A stretch of DNA of 32,000 nt from Akkermansia muciniphila ATCC BAA-835 (GTDB lineage: Bacteria; Verrucomicrobiota; Verrucomicrobiia; Verrucomicrobiales; Akkermansiaceae), in the NCBI RefSeq assembly GCF_000020225.1, contig NC_010655.1:330001-362000 (forward strand), read 5' to 3'. Each line of letters starts with the position of its first letter. Position 1 is the first letter of the stretch. The notes under the pieces are model-generated. The model was not told where the DNA came from, made no database searches, and was given only the letters and a program-made list of their open reading frames with translations. This document shows, one piece after another, positions 8,507 through 16,026 of the stretch. The position numbers and the translations under genes were made by a program.

Positions 8507-9229
8507 TCAGCTCCGGCAATAAAGGCGATTATAAATTTTACGGTCAAAACGGTAATAGCGCGCGGCGCGGTGGGGAACCCCCTCCTCCTTCTCATCCAGC
8601 GGCACAATGTAGGGGCGGGAAGCGATCTTTTTGTGGAAATTACGCACATCCATGGGCTTGCCGTGAATCTCCTCATTCAGCCGCCGGAGCTGAAGAGCCG
8701 TAAACTTGGCAGGCAGCATGTCATAAATCAGCGCAGGCTCCTTCTTCACGGAAGAACGCACTCTCTCCAGCGCCAGGTCAATAATATCCCGGTGATCAAA
8801 CGCCAGTTCCGGCAAATCATCTACAGGAACCCAGCGGGTCTTGTGGCTTTCCATCAGTTTGCGCAGCTTGGTGGAAATCCTGAGCATGGCCATGTAGGCC
8901 ACCGTCACCAGGCGTCCTATCTTCTGGCCGGAAACAGCCTCCACCCATGCCCTGTCCTCCGGATTCTTGATGCGCGATGGCGCACCGAAGGTATGGAACT
9001 GTTCCAAATGGGGGGAAGACATGCCGGTCATGTCAAACAAAACGCGGCGGGCAGCAGCATCCAGTTCTTCCTCCTCATAAATCAAATCGCCGGGCAATTT
9101 GGAAATGGTGCCGGTATGGCCGGGTTCAAATTGCGTCTTCTCAACCAGAAGAACTTTCAAACCTTCTTCATCGAACCCGATCAACACACAATCCACTGAG
9201 AGATGCGGATAAAATGCCTGCCTGCTCAT
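8507..9229 (-). CDS. NrtR/AraR-like transcriptional regulator (degenerate Nudix domain plus C-terminal winged-helix)
   Basis: Nudix-fold N-terminal half with a degenerate Nudix box 'GDLIYEEEELDAAARRVLFDMTGM'. The C-terminal 'LPAKFTALQLRRLNEEIHGKPMDVRNFHKKI' resembles the NrtR wHTH domain. The start at 9271 is TTG and the ATG is at 9229 (MSRQAFY). Confidence 0.7.
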   Translation of the reverse strand: MSRQAFYPHLSVDCVLIGFDEEGLKVLLVEKTQFEPGHTGTISKLPGDLIYEEEELDAAARRVLFDMTGMSSPHLEQFHTFGAPSRIKNPEDRAWVEAVSGQKIGRLVTVAYMAMLRISTKLRKLMESHKTRWVPVDDLPELAFDHRDIIDLALERVRSSVKKEPALIYDMLPAKFTALQLRRLNEEIHGKPMDVRNFHKKIASRPYIVPLDEKEEGVPHRAARYYRFDRKIYNRLYCRS

Positions 9230-9408
9230 TATGTTATCTATTATTGTAGTAAGTTCCCAGAATCGCACCAACGCTACGCAAGCGAACCAGCCAAGTCAAC
9301 CAAAATCAAAATAGAAACGGCAATGAAAAGCCGGCCCGCTTGGCCCCGGGAAACATCACGCCACTTCCGGAAGACTGCTTTTCACGGGCGGAAAAACGCG
9401 CCCGCGTC

Positions 9409-9439
9409 TTGCATTTCATCATCTCCCCGTCCATATAAT
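9409..9439 (+). promoter_or_regulatory. Candidate sigma70-type promoter for rlpA
   Basis: TTGCAT (9409..9414), a 19-nt spacer, then TATAAT (9434..9439). The -10 element ends 6 nt before the ATG at 9446. Confidence 0.35.
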
Positions 9440-9445
9440 AAAATC

Positions 9446-9964
9446 ATGCAGACAGGTATCCTCAGGGGAATGTCCGTGCTGGCCGGGCTGCTATGGCTGG
9501 CATCCTGCTCGTCCTCTCCCAAAAGCCGGGATTATCCGGGCTACATGACCCGCCCCTATACCATCCGGGGGCACCGCTACCATCCCATGAACGTGGAACA
9601 GGCGCTGGCGTATGAACAAACGGGAATTGCCTCCCATTACAATGAATGCGCCCTTTGGGGGCTCGTCAGCGGAAAAACGGCGATCGGAGAAAACGTGCGC
9701 CCCTGGCACCTGCACGCAGCGCATCCCACCCTTCCCCTCCCGTGCGAAGTGCTCGTTCAATCCCTTCGAACAGGCAAAACCGTAAAAGTCCGCGTAAACG
9801 ACCGGGGCCCCTTCATCAAAAACAGAATCATAGATCTTAGTGAAGAAGCCGCAGAACGGCTGGACATGAAGCACCATGGGCTGGACAAAGTCAGAATCAC
9901 CGTCCTTTCCGTAGGAGACGGGAAATGGAAAAAAGAAGCGCCCCCTTGCGCCACTCCGGCCTGA
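9446..9964 (+). CDS. rlpA: RlpA-family septal lytic transglycosylase-like lipoprotein (DPBB domain)
   Basis: Lipoprotein signal 'MQTGILRGMSVLAGLLWLASCSS' and DPBB core 'GIASHYN...AAHPTLPLPCEVLVQSLRTGKTVKVRVNDRGPFIKNRIIDLSEEAA'. The longer ORF from 9203 has no support. Confidence 0.85.
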   Translation: MQTGILRGMSVLAGLLWLASCSSSPKSRDYPGYMTRPYTIRGHRYHPMNVEQALAYEQTGIASHYNECALWGLVSGKTAIGENVRPWHLHAAHPTLPLPCEVLVQSLRTGKTVKVRVNDRGPFIKNRIIDLSEEAAERLDMKHHGLDKVRITVLSVGDGKWKKEAPPCATPA

Positions 9965-9968
9965 TTCC

Positions 9969-10874
9969 CTACTTCAACACATTCCGTGTGGTCTTAAAAT
10001 GCATCTTGGCCACCTTGGGCAGCATTTCTTCCCCATGCAGGGCCACCAGCTGGCGCGCAGCTTTCACCACTTGGCCGGAAGCTCCCAGCGGCAACTTCAT
10101 GCCGGCGCCCTCTCCCGCCGCATCCATCCAGTTCACAAAACGTTCGCGCGCCAGAATAGATGCCGCAGCCACAGCAATATCACTCTCCGCCCGGACACGC
10201 TGTTCCAGCCGGACACACACCTTTTTGGCGGCAAGCGCCCTCTTCAGAACAAACGGATTGGCGAACTGGTCGCTCAATGCCATGGGACAATCCGGCACCT
10301 TGGCCGCCAGCCCCTCAATCACCGTAGCATGCCCCCAGGCGAGAAAACGGTTCAAATTCCCGAACTCCGGATAAAGCTGGTTATACCGTTCCGGGCCAAT
10401 GCTTACCAGATGAAACCGGATGCCCGGCACCCTGCGGATCCCCTCCGCCAGGCAACGGATTCTGGATGAAGACCCTACCAGCTTGCTGTCACAAACGCCC
10501 AGCTTGCGCAATGCGGCGCCGATGCCCCCGTCCACATAAACGCCGGCCACCACCAGCGGGCCGAAGTAATCTCCCTTTCCGCTCTCGTCAATCCCGAAGT
10601 GGGGAACAAAACCGCATCCTTTTTCCATCTCTTCCGGCTGGGCCAAAACTCCGGTCACCTGCGGTTCCAGCGTAAACTCTATAAAATCATCCGTTCCCTT
10701 TCCCTGCAGAAGAAGCTTGTTCTTCTTCTCGTAAACCGTCGCCAGCAGGGAAGGCCCGGCAAATGAAAAACGCGCATAGGGAATCTCTCTTCTTTCAAAC
10801 CCCTTTTCCTCAAGAATGGACTCAAGCCTTCCGGCCTGGGCGTCAGTCAGCATGGTTGTAAACGTGGTTCGCAT
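9969..10874 (-). CDS. rnhC: Ribonuclease HIII
   Basis: An N-terminal TBP-like domain of about 85 aa, then an RNase HII/HIII catalytic core: 'HFGIDESGKGDYFGPLVVAG', 'CDSK', 'LSDQFA' and 'ESDIAVAAASILARE'. The ORF-track start at 10943 is TTG and the ATG is at 10874 (MRTTF). Confidence 0.85.
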   Translation of the reverse strand: MRTTFTTMLTDAQAGRLESILEEKGFERREIPYARFSFAGPSLLATVYEKKNKLLLQGKGTDDFIEFTLEPQVTGVLAQPEEMEKGCGFVPHFGIDESGKGDYFGPLVVAGVYVDGGIGAALRKLGVCDSKLVGSSSRIRCLAEGIRRVPGIRFHLVSIGPERYNQLYPEFGNLNRFLAWGHATVIEGLAAKVPDCPMALSDQFANPFVLKRALAAKKVCVRLEQRVRAESDIAVAAASILARERFVNWMDAAGEGAGMKLPLGASGQVVKAARQLVALHGEEMLPKVAKMHFKTTRNVLK

Positions 10875-11008
10875 ATATCCTTCCCGGAGCCGGAACACTC
10901 CGGGGCAAGCAATGGAAGCATCCCAACCATTCCGGTCAAGCAAAATTCCCGCATCACGCGGTTGAGGACGTAAAAATCAAGCATGCCACGGATTATGTGA
11001 TTTTTTAG

Positions 11009-11037
11009 GAGACAAATCATGCACGCTGAACTATAAA
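11009..11037 (+). promoter_or_regulatory. Candidate promoter for the HU/IHF gene
   Basis: GAGACA (11009..11014), a 17-nt spacer, then TATAAA (11032..11037). It lies 31 nt upstream of the ATG at 11069. Confidence 0.35.
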
Positions 11038-11068
11038 ACTCATACATTCATATCATTCTGCACTCCAT

Positions 11069-11374
11069 ATGGCTAAAACATTAACAAAACGAGACCTCGT
11101 TAACAAAATCAGCGCCGAAACCAACTTCACTCAGATTGAAGTGTTCGACATCGTACAGCGTGCCGTGGACATTATCTCCAGCACCCTTGCTGAAGGCGAC
11201 CGTGTGGTGATTCGCAATTTCGGAACCTTCCAGGTGAAGGAAGTGAAGCCCAAAGTAGGCCGCAACCCCAAAAATCCCGACCAGGATGTGCCGATTCCGG
11301 CCCGCTCCGTTGTCAAATTCAAGGTTGGCAAGGAATTGAAGGATCAGGTCGCCAAGCTGACCGCCTCCAAGTAA
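11069..11374 (+). CDS. HU/IHF-family DNA-binding protein
   Basis: 101 aa containing 'RNFGTFQVKEVKPKVGRNPKNPDQDVPIPARSVVKFKVGKELK', the signature beta-arm of the HU/IHF family. Confidence 0.92.
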   Translation: MAKTLTKRDLVNKISAETNFTQIEVFDIVQRAVDIISSTLAEGDRVVIRNFGTFQVKEVKPKVGRNPKNPDQDVPIPARSVVKFKVGKELKDQVAKLTASK

Positions 11375-11403
11375 TCCCCACAGGGATCAGACAGATTACT
11401 CCG

Positions 11404-11436
11404 GGCGCCTCCATCAAACAATGGAGGCGCCTTTTT
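11404..11436 (+). terminator. Rho-independent terminator after the HU/IHF gene
   Basis: Perfect 11-bp stem GGCGCCTCCAT / ATGGAGGCGCC with a 6-nt loop, followed by TTTTT. Confidence 0.85.
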
Positions 11437-11480
11437 GTTTGCAATTTGCGCGGCATTCGGGAATATAAGGGAACGTGAGC

Positions 11481-12113
11481 ATGTTCCGGATACAGCACCT
11501 TCTTCTGATCACCGTAGCAGCACTTTGCTCCTGTGCTACAGAACGCACGGTAGCTACAAACTTTCAGCCCCGGCAACGCCCTGATTCGGAAAAAACGGAC
11601 GCAGAGCTGATGGATGCCCTGGAAGCGAAATTCGCCGGCGGCTTCGGCCAGCAGACGGACAAGGAAGGAAACACCAGGATGGTGTCCCAAAAACGGAGTT
11701 CCTTTGAAGGGCTCCGGTACAGCGGCAACACGTCTCAAATCGAAAAAAAGGCTTTTGAAACCGCATCCTTTGAAAAAAAGAAATTTGACGGTGCCTCCAC
11801 CCGGTTTGAAACGAAGAAATGGGACGGCATCAAATCCTTCACGGATGATAAACTGGAAACACCGGACTTCATCGCCCGCGCCAGGGGAGTAAATACCCAC
11901 TCCTGGCAGGATGCCTCCAAACAATACGCCACGCAGCAATCCGACTTTCATGGACGCTCCTGGAAAGATGCGGACAAGCGCCTCGGCCACACTGTCAACC
12001 GGGACATTGAAGCCAAGAGACAAAGCTTTGGACAGCCAACTATCATGAGTGCGCGGCAGGCCCAGGCGCATACTATTCAGGAAACGCGGGAAATGATGGG
12101 ACGCACGGACTGA
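11481..12113 (+). CDS. Hypothetical lipoprotein with short internal K/F/W-rich repeats
   Basis: Lipobox-like signal 'MFRIQHLLLITVAALCSCA'. The sequence is hydrophilic, with reiterated 'KKAFE/KKKFDG/KKWDG' and 'SWQDASK/SWKDADK' units. I recognise no family. The antisense 275-aa ORF is compositionally junk. Confidence 0.6.
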   Translation: MFRIQHLLLITVAALCSCATERTVATNFQPRQRPDSEKTDAELMDALEAKFAGGFGQQTDKEGNTRMVSQKRSSFEGLRYSGNTSQIEKKAFETASFEKKKFDGASTRFETKKWDGIKSFTDDKLETPDFIARARGVNTHSWQDASKQYATQQSDFHGRSWKDADKRLGHTVNRDIEAKRQSFGQPTIMSARQAQAHTIQETREMMGRTD

Positions 12114-12155
12114 TGCGCCGATGTTTCGGACGTGATCCCATGCCACATTTCAGAT

Positions 12156-12185
12156 TCGACATTGTTTTCAGCCGCCATCTATAAT
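12156..12185 (+). promoter_or_regulatory. Candidate sigma70-type promoter
   Basis: TCGACA (12156..12161), an 18-nt spacer, then TATAAT (12180..12185). It is the best promoter-like match I found in the window. It lies upstream of the small ORF at 12193 and the lipoprotein gene at 12470. Confidence 0.5.
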
Positions 12186-12192
12186 TCTGCCC

Positions 12193-12456
12193 GTGAGTGC
12201 CAAAGACGTTCCTCCTTCCATCACCCTGCCTACCAGCGACTACTATACCATTGTCAAAATGAGCAATCATGCCGTCGTGGGAGTATTCCGCCAGCATGTC
12301 TTTGCGCGCCGCAGCACGCGCCGTTATGCGCCCCCCATCCCTGAAGAACACGACTCCTATTGCGTTAAAAGAACTCCGGAGCGTGTCATGGTCCAAATCT
12401 TTCATGACGGCAACGAAGTTTACCGTTGCATTTTTGTGCCGCCTGCCGATTATTGA
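12193..12456 (+). CDS. Hypothetical small protein (uncertain)
   Basis: 87-codon ORF with a GTG start. The first ATG, at 12259, gives 65 aa. It is on the same strand as the flanking lipoprotein genes and downstream of the candidate promoter. A codon-aligned antisense ORF (12073..12702) is also open, so coding status is unresolved. Confidence 0.3.
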   Translation: MSAKDVPPSITLPTSDYYTIVKMSNHAVVGVFRQHVFARRSTRRYAPPIPEEHDSYCVKRTPERVMVQIFHDGNEVYRCIFVPPADY

Positions 12457-12469
12457 CGGCAGGACAACC

Positions 12470-12913
12470 ATGAAAGCTCCTTTTTTCAGTCCGGCCTTCT
12501 GCCTCATTACAAGCCTGATTACAGCCTGCTCTTCTCCCTCCGGCCCCAATGCGTGGACGCCGGTCACTTCCGGTCCTCCGCGTGCGCCCATCCCCCAGAA
12601 CGAAGTTCTGGTCATTGACGAATACCCCATGGGGGAATACACCAACGTGGGGCATTTTAACGGGCCGGAAGGGCGCATTGTCCATGTCTCTATGGAAGAC
12701 AAGGAACTAATCGACTACTTCACCAAGGAAGCTGCGGCCATGGGGGGCAATACCGTCGTCATCAGGGAACCGCGCATCCGCTACCGTTCCGGCGAAGGCA
12801 AGAGCAGCCGGGTGGACGTCATCTATGTTCGGGAAGAAATGGGAACACACGGTGCGGAAGACCTGGGCATGGACTCGCTCCCCATTGATGAAGAATCTCT
12901 GCGGATTTATTAG
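12470..12913 (+). CDS. Hypothetical lipoprotein
   Basis: Lipobox 'MKAPFFSPAFCLITSLITACSS' with AGGA 6 nt upstream of the ATG. 147 aa, no recognisable family. Confidence 0.65.
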   Translation: MKAPFFSPAFCLITSLITACSSPSGPNAWTPVTSGPPRAPIPQNEVLVIDEYPMGEYTNVGHFNGPEGRIVHVSMEDKELIDYFTKEAAAMGGNTVVIREPRIRYRSGEGKSSRVDVIYVREEMGTHGAEDLGMDSLPIDEESLRIY

Positions 12914-12958
12914 AGCCGCCGGAAACGTCCCAGGTGCCATTTCCTGCCCGGAGTTTTT

Positions 12959-13198
12959 TCAGCTCTTTTTATTGGCCGCACCGCAATGTGGGCACTCCGC
13001 ACGGGAATTCCCCTTCTCCATATAAAACCGGAATCCGCATATCCGGCACTGGAACTTGCGCCTCCGATCCAGGAAAGATCGTATCCATCCCACAGCCAGG
13101 CAAACAGACACCACAGCGCAAAAACCGCCGGCGCCCAGTAAAAACAGGCGCATCAAAAAATCTTGGAGGGTCATATTCACGGCTCTTCCTCCTTCCAT
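12959..13198 (-). CDS. Small membrane-anchored zinc-ribbon protein
   Basis: One TM segment 'FLMRLFLLGAGGFCAVVSVCLAVGWI', then 'CRICGFRFYMEKGNSRAECPHCG' (CxxC-x13-CxxC). ATG options are 13198, which overlaps the upstream gene by 22 nt, or 13174, which lies 2 nt after the upstream TGA. Confidence 0.55.
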   Translation of the reverse strand: MEGGRAVNMTLQDFLMRLFLLGAGGFCAVVSVCLAVGWIRSFLDRRRKFQCRICGFRFYMEKGNSRAECPHCGAANKKS

Positions 13199-13941
13199 TC
13201 GATGGACATGGTGCCGCTCCGCGGCTCCCGGGACGGAACCCAGCGCAAAGACCGGGCGAACCTCATTGCGGACTCATCCGCTCCATTACTTCCGGAAGAC
13301 TCCAGTAACAAAACTTGAGAAGGAACGCCCCATACATCCACCACCACAAAAAAATCACTCCTCAGCCCCGTGTGATCTTCACTTCTGGAAAAACCGGACA
13401 GGGAGCCGGCTGTAACAATCCGTCCATCCAGCCCCGGGGAACAAAAAGACAAATAGGGAATGCATGTTCCGGAAATCTCCAAGGAAGGATTCATCATGGC
13501 GCGTATATGAAAATCCGGATGCTGCCACATACGCCAGACCTGATCCGCCACAGTGGGCACGGACACGGGGGGGAGAGGGGCCAGAGGCGTATCTGCGGAA
13601 CGCGGAGAAGGCAAAGTCACACCCATTTCCCCGGTCGGGCCGGCCGTCACCGGATCAGCCCAAACGGGGCCTCTCACAGGCAGAGGAGTATTGCGCAGCA
13701 CATACTGATGCAGGCGCGGATTATCTGCAGGCAGCAGCACCACGGCACCCGGCTGATCTCCCCTGCTGCGGATTTCCGGCACCTCCACATGGACAAAAAG
13801 GCCGGCGGCAAAAGCGCAAACGCCAAAAAAAAGCATCCACAGAAAAATACGCCAGCGCAACAGGCCGGTTTCCCTCCAGTCAAACGTCAATCCCAAATGA
13901 AGGTCGAAAATTTTATCCCGGCTCTTTTTATTCAGCTTCAT
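13177..13941 (-). CDS. TonB-like energy-transducer family protein
   Basis: N-terminal TM 'IFLWMLFFGVCAFAAGLFV', a Pro-rich linker 'PLAPLPPVSVPTV', and a C-terminal 'FFVVVDVWGVPSQVLLLESSGSNGADESAMRFARSLRWVP' resembling the TonB C-terminal domain. It follows exbB-exbD. The ORF-track start at 13983 is TTG and the ATG is at 13941. Confidence 0.6.
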   Translation of the reverse strand: MKLNKKSRDKIFDLHLGLTFDWRETGLLRWRIFLWMLFFGVCAFAAGLFVHVEVPEIRSRGDQPGAVVLLPADNPRLHQYVLRNTPLPVRGPVWADPVTAGPTGEMGVTLPSPRSADTPLAPLPPVSVPTVADQVWRMWQHPDFHIRAMMNPSLEISGTCIPYLSFCSPGLDGRIVTAGSLSGFSRSEDHTGLRSDFFVVVDVWGVPSQVLLLESSGSNGADESAMRFARSLRWVPSREPRSGTMSIEWKEEEP

Positions 13942-13960
13942 GAGGTAACAAGGGAAAAAA

Positions 13961-14392
13961 TCAATCCGCGGGCTCGGCGGCAATATAACACGTCATCCCC
14001 TTGGCAAGCACCATATCCACCAGCTGCTGTTCCAGGGCCCGTGAAACGGAATCATCCAAACGCAGGGCAATCCCCATACGGCTCCCATTCTCCCCATGCT
14101 CCCGGGAAATCCGGTCCAATTCTGAGGAAACGCCGGGCAGCCCGCCTTCAATCAGGCGGTTTCCGATATAAAAAGCGGGCTGGTCGCCAGCCGTAACTGA
14201 AATAAACTCAACATCCCCCACAATATTCATCAGAAAATGGGAAGAAGGAGCCTTTACCTCATACCCGTACGCCATTCCCACACGGGAAGTCATGATCGTC
14301 AGCACGCAGACAAGAACAACCAAATCCAGCAGGACGACCACCTGAATGAAAAACGCCCCGGCGGGCAATGTTGAACGGGTCTTGATCTGCAT
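13961..14392 (-). CDS. exbD: Biopolymer transport protein ExbD/TolR family
   Basis: Single N-terminal TM 'FFIQVVVLLDLVVLVCVLTIM' and a periplasmic domain of ExbD size. GGAGGA lies 7 nt upstream of the ATG at 14392. The ORF-track start at 14416 is GTG. Confidence 0.75.
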   Translation of the reverse strand: MQIKTRSTLPAGAFFIQVVVLLDLVVLVCVLTIMTSRVGMAYGYEVKAPSSHFLMNIVGDVEFISVTAGDQPAFYIGNRLIEGGLPGVSSELDRISREHGENGSRMGIALRLDDSVSRALEQQLVDMVLAKGMTCYIAAEPAD

Positions 14393-14416
14393 GCCTTTCC
14401 TCCTTCCCTGTTGCAC

Positions 14417-15067
14417 TCACACGCCCCGGCCGTTCATGCTCTCTCCGGCCTCGCGCCTCTGCCGGGCATCACACACCAGGCAAACGGCCTCCGTGCCGGC
14501 CCGTTCCAGGGAATGTACAATCTGGCGGGAGCGGGAGGCCAGGTAGGAATAAAACAAATAAGCGGGAATAGCAATGCTCAGCCCCAGGGCGGAACTAAGC
14601 AGGGCCTGGTAAACGGCATCCGACATGGCAAGAGAGGGAGCCTTCCCTTCCAGAACCCCCGGCTGGGAATAAAATCCCACCAGCCCCTGGATCGTCCCCA
14701 GCACGCCGACTAGCGGGCTCACCGTAGCCACTACCAGCAATCCGCGGATATTCTTTTCAATCTGAAACACTTCCATCTGAACGGAATCCTCTGCCACAGT
14801 CCGTAGTTCTTCACGCCTCAATCCGGCATGCGCCAGCACGGAAGAAACCACGCGGGCCGCAGGTCCCGGTAAAATGGAAGCCTCATGCCGGGCTTCATCC
14901 GTCTTTCCGGCATTTACCAGCTTGGAAATACCTCTTAAAAAATCTCCAGTATTAATTTGAATCCTGTGAAAATACAAAATCCGCTCCGCGACAACCGCCA
15001 GCGCATAAACGGCCAGAACGCTCAAAACCCAGAACAACGGACCTATCTTGATGATCAATTCATTCAT
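14417..15067 (-). CDS. exbB: MotA/TolQ/ExbB proton-channel family protein
   Basis: 216 aa with three TM segments. Conserved C-terminal core 'VATVSPLVGVLGTIQGLV' ... 'ALLSSALGLSIAIPAYLFYSYL'. Confidence 0.85.
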   Translation of the reverse strand: MNELIIKIGPLFWVLSVLAVYALAVVAERILYFHRIQINTGDFLRGISKLVNAGKTDEARHEASILPGPAARVVSSVLAHAGLRREELRTVAEDSVQMEVFQIEKNIRGLLVVATVSPLVGVLGTIQGLVGFYSQPGVLEGKAPSLAMSDAVYQALLSSALGLSIAIPAYLFYSYLASRSRQIVHSLERAGTEAVCLVCDARQRREAGESMNGRGV

Positions 15068-15122
15068 AACCCTCTTTCTCGCGTTAGATCATGCACACTT
15101 CCCATGTAAATTCAACTCAAAC

Positions 15123-15848
15123 CTATGTGGCCCGGCAGCCGAGCTTCTGCAGCAGCCGCGTTCCCGCCCATAATAAGACGGAACCAAGCCACAGCAAGGA
15201 ACCGAAACTCAGGAGCCATACCGCATCAAACAGGCACATGCCGGAAAGCAGCACCGTCACAGCCCTTTGAACCCGGGGCCTGCCCGCCTCACGCCGTGCT
15301 ACGGCGGAAATCACGCAGGTAAACAAAAACAGGCCGAAAGCATACCACAGCAAGGCCGGAGGAGGAACGGACTCTCCACCCGAACGGGCAAATGCCAGGC
15401 CGGCGGCCAGCACCCACACCCCGCGGCACAACCCCATCAAAACAATGGAGCCGCTCCACAGTTTATGGAACACATTATACAGGGAAATCACAATCAGCAG
15501 CAAAGCCCCCACGGCAAATTCCCCGCCCAGCGCCATGTTCAGCACCAGGCCGGACAACCCGGCCGCCAAAGACAACAGCCTCAGTACGGAAACGCTCACC
15601 GCGCCGCACGGCACGGGGCGGTCCGGATAACGGGCGGCATCCCACCTGGCGTCCACACGGTCATTCTCCCACATGCCATACAAATAAAAGCACAGCCCCA
15701 TCAGCACTACGCCCCCATACAGGGCGGGAGGCGGCAGCTCCGCCCCACGGACGGAAGCCCACGCCGCCGCCGCGTTGGTAAACAGCGTGGGAATATTGGC
15801 CGGACGGGAGGAACGGAGCACTCCTCTCAATAAACGGCAATCATGCAT
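15123..15848 (-). CDS. UbiA-superfamily prenyltransferase-like membrane protein (second Asp-rich motif not evident)
   Basis: 'LRSSRPANIP' N-terminus. First Asp-rich motif 'NDRVDARWD' followed by 'DRPVPCGAVS' and 'YNVFHK'. Polytopic. The ORF runs to an ATG at 16097, but that would overlap the divergent chaperone gene. I placed the start at ATG 15848 (MHDCRLL), and it remains uncertain. Confidence 0.6.
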   Translation of the reverse strand: MHDCRLLRGVLRSSRPANIPTLFTNAAAAWASVRGAELPPPALYGGVVLMGLCFYLYGMWENDRVDARWDAARYPDRPVPCGAVSVSVLRLLSLAAGLSGLVLNMALGGEFAVGALLLIVISLYNVFHKLWSGSIVLMGLCRGVWVLAAGLAFARSGGESVPPPALLWYAFGLFLFTCVISAVARREAGRPRVQRAVTVLLSGMCLFDAVWLLSFGSLLWLGSVLLWAGTRLLQKLGCRAT

Positions 15849-16026
15849 CGCCGCATACTGTACAGGGAAAAACGGCGATGACCAAGCACATCCACAGTCA
15901 GCAAAAGTGCAGGAACCGGCATCCCGCCCATGCCGGGCAGCATCCATACATACCCAGAAATAGATTGTCTTTGCAGGGCTGTCCCCTATCATGCCGGAGG
16001 CATTAAAAATACTCTTCTCTCCCCCC

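Noticed and set aside
11319-12702. Minus-strand ORFs 11319..12146 (275 aa) and 12073..12702 (209 aa)
   Set aside because: They overlap plus-strand genes that have clean lipoprotein signal peptides and, for 12470, an RBS. Part of 12073..12702 opposite the small ORF at 12193..12456 cannot be excluded from sequence alone, and this is noted under that feature.
15267-15833. Plus-strand ORFs (188, 129 and 61 aa) opposite the UbiA-like gene
   Set aside because: Their translations are R/Q/P/G-rich and lack hydrophobic structure. The minus-strand product has UbiA motifs and a coherent TM pattern.
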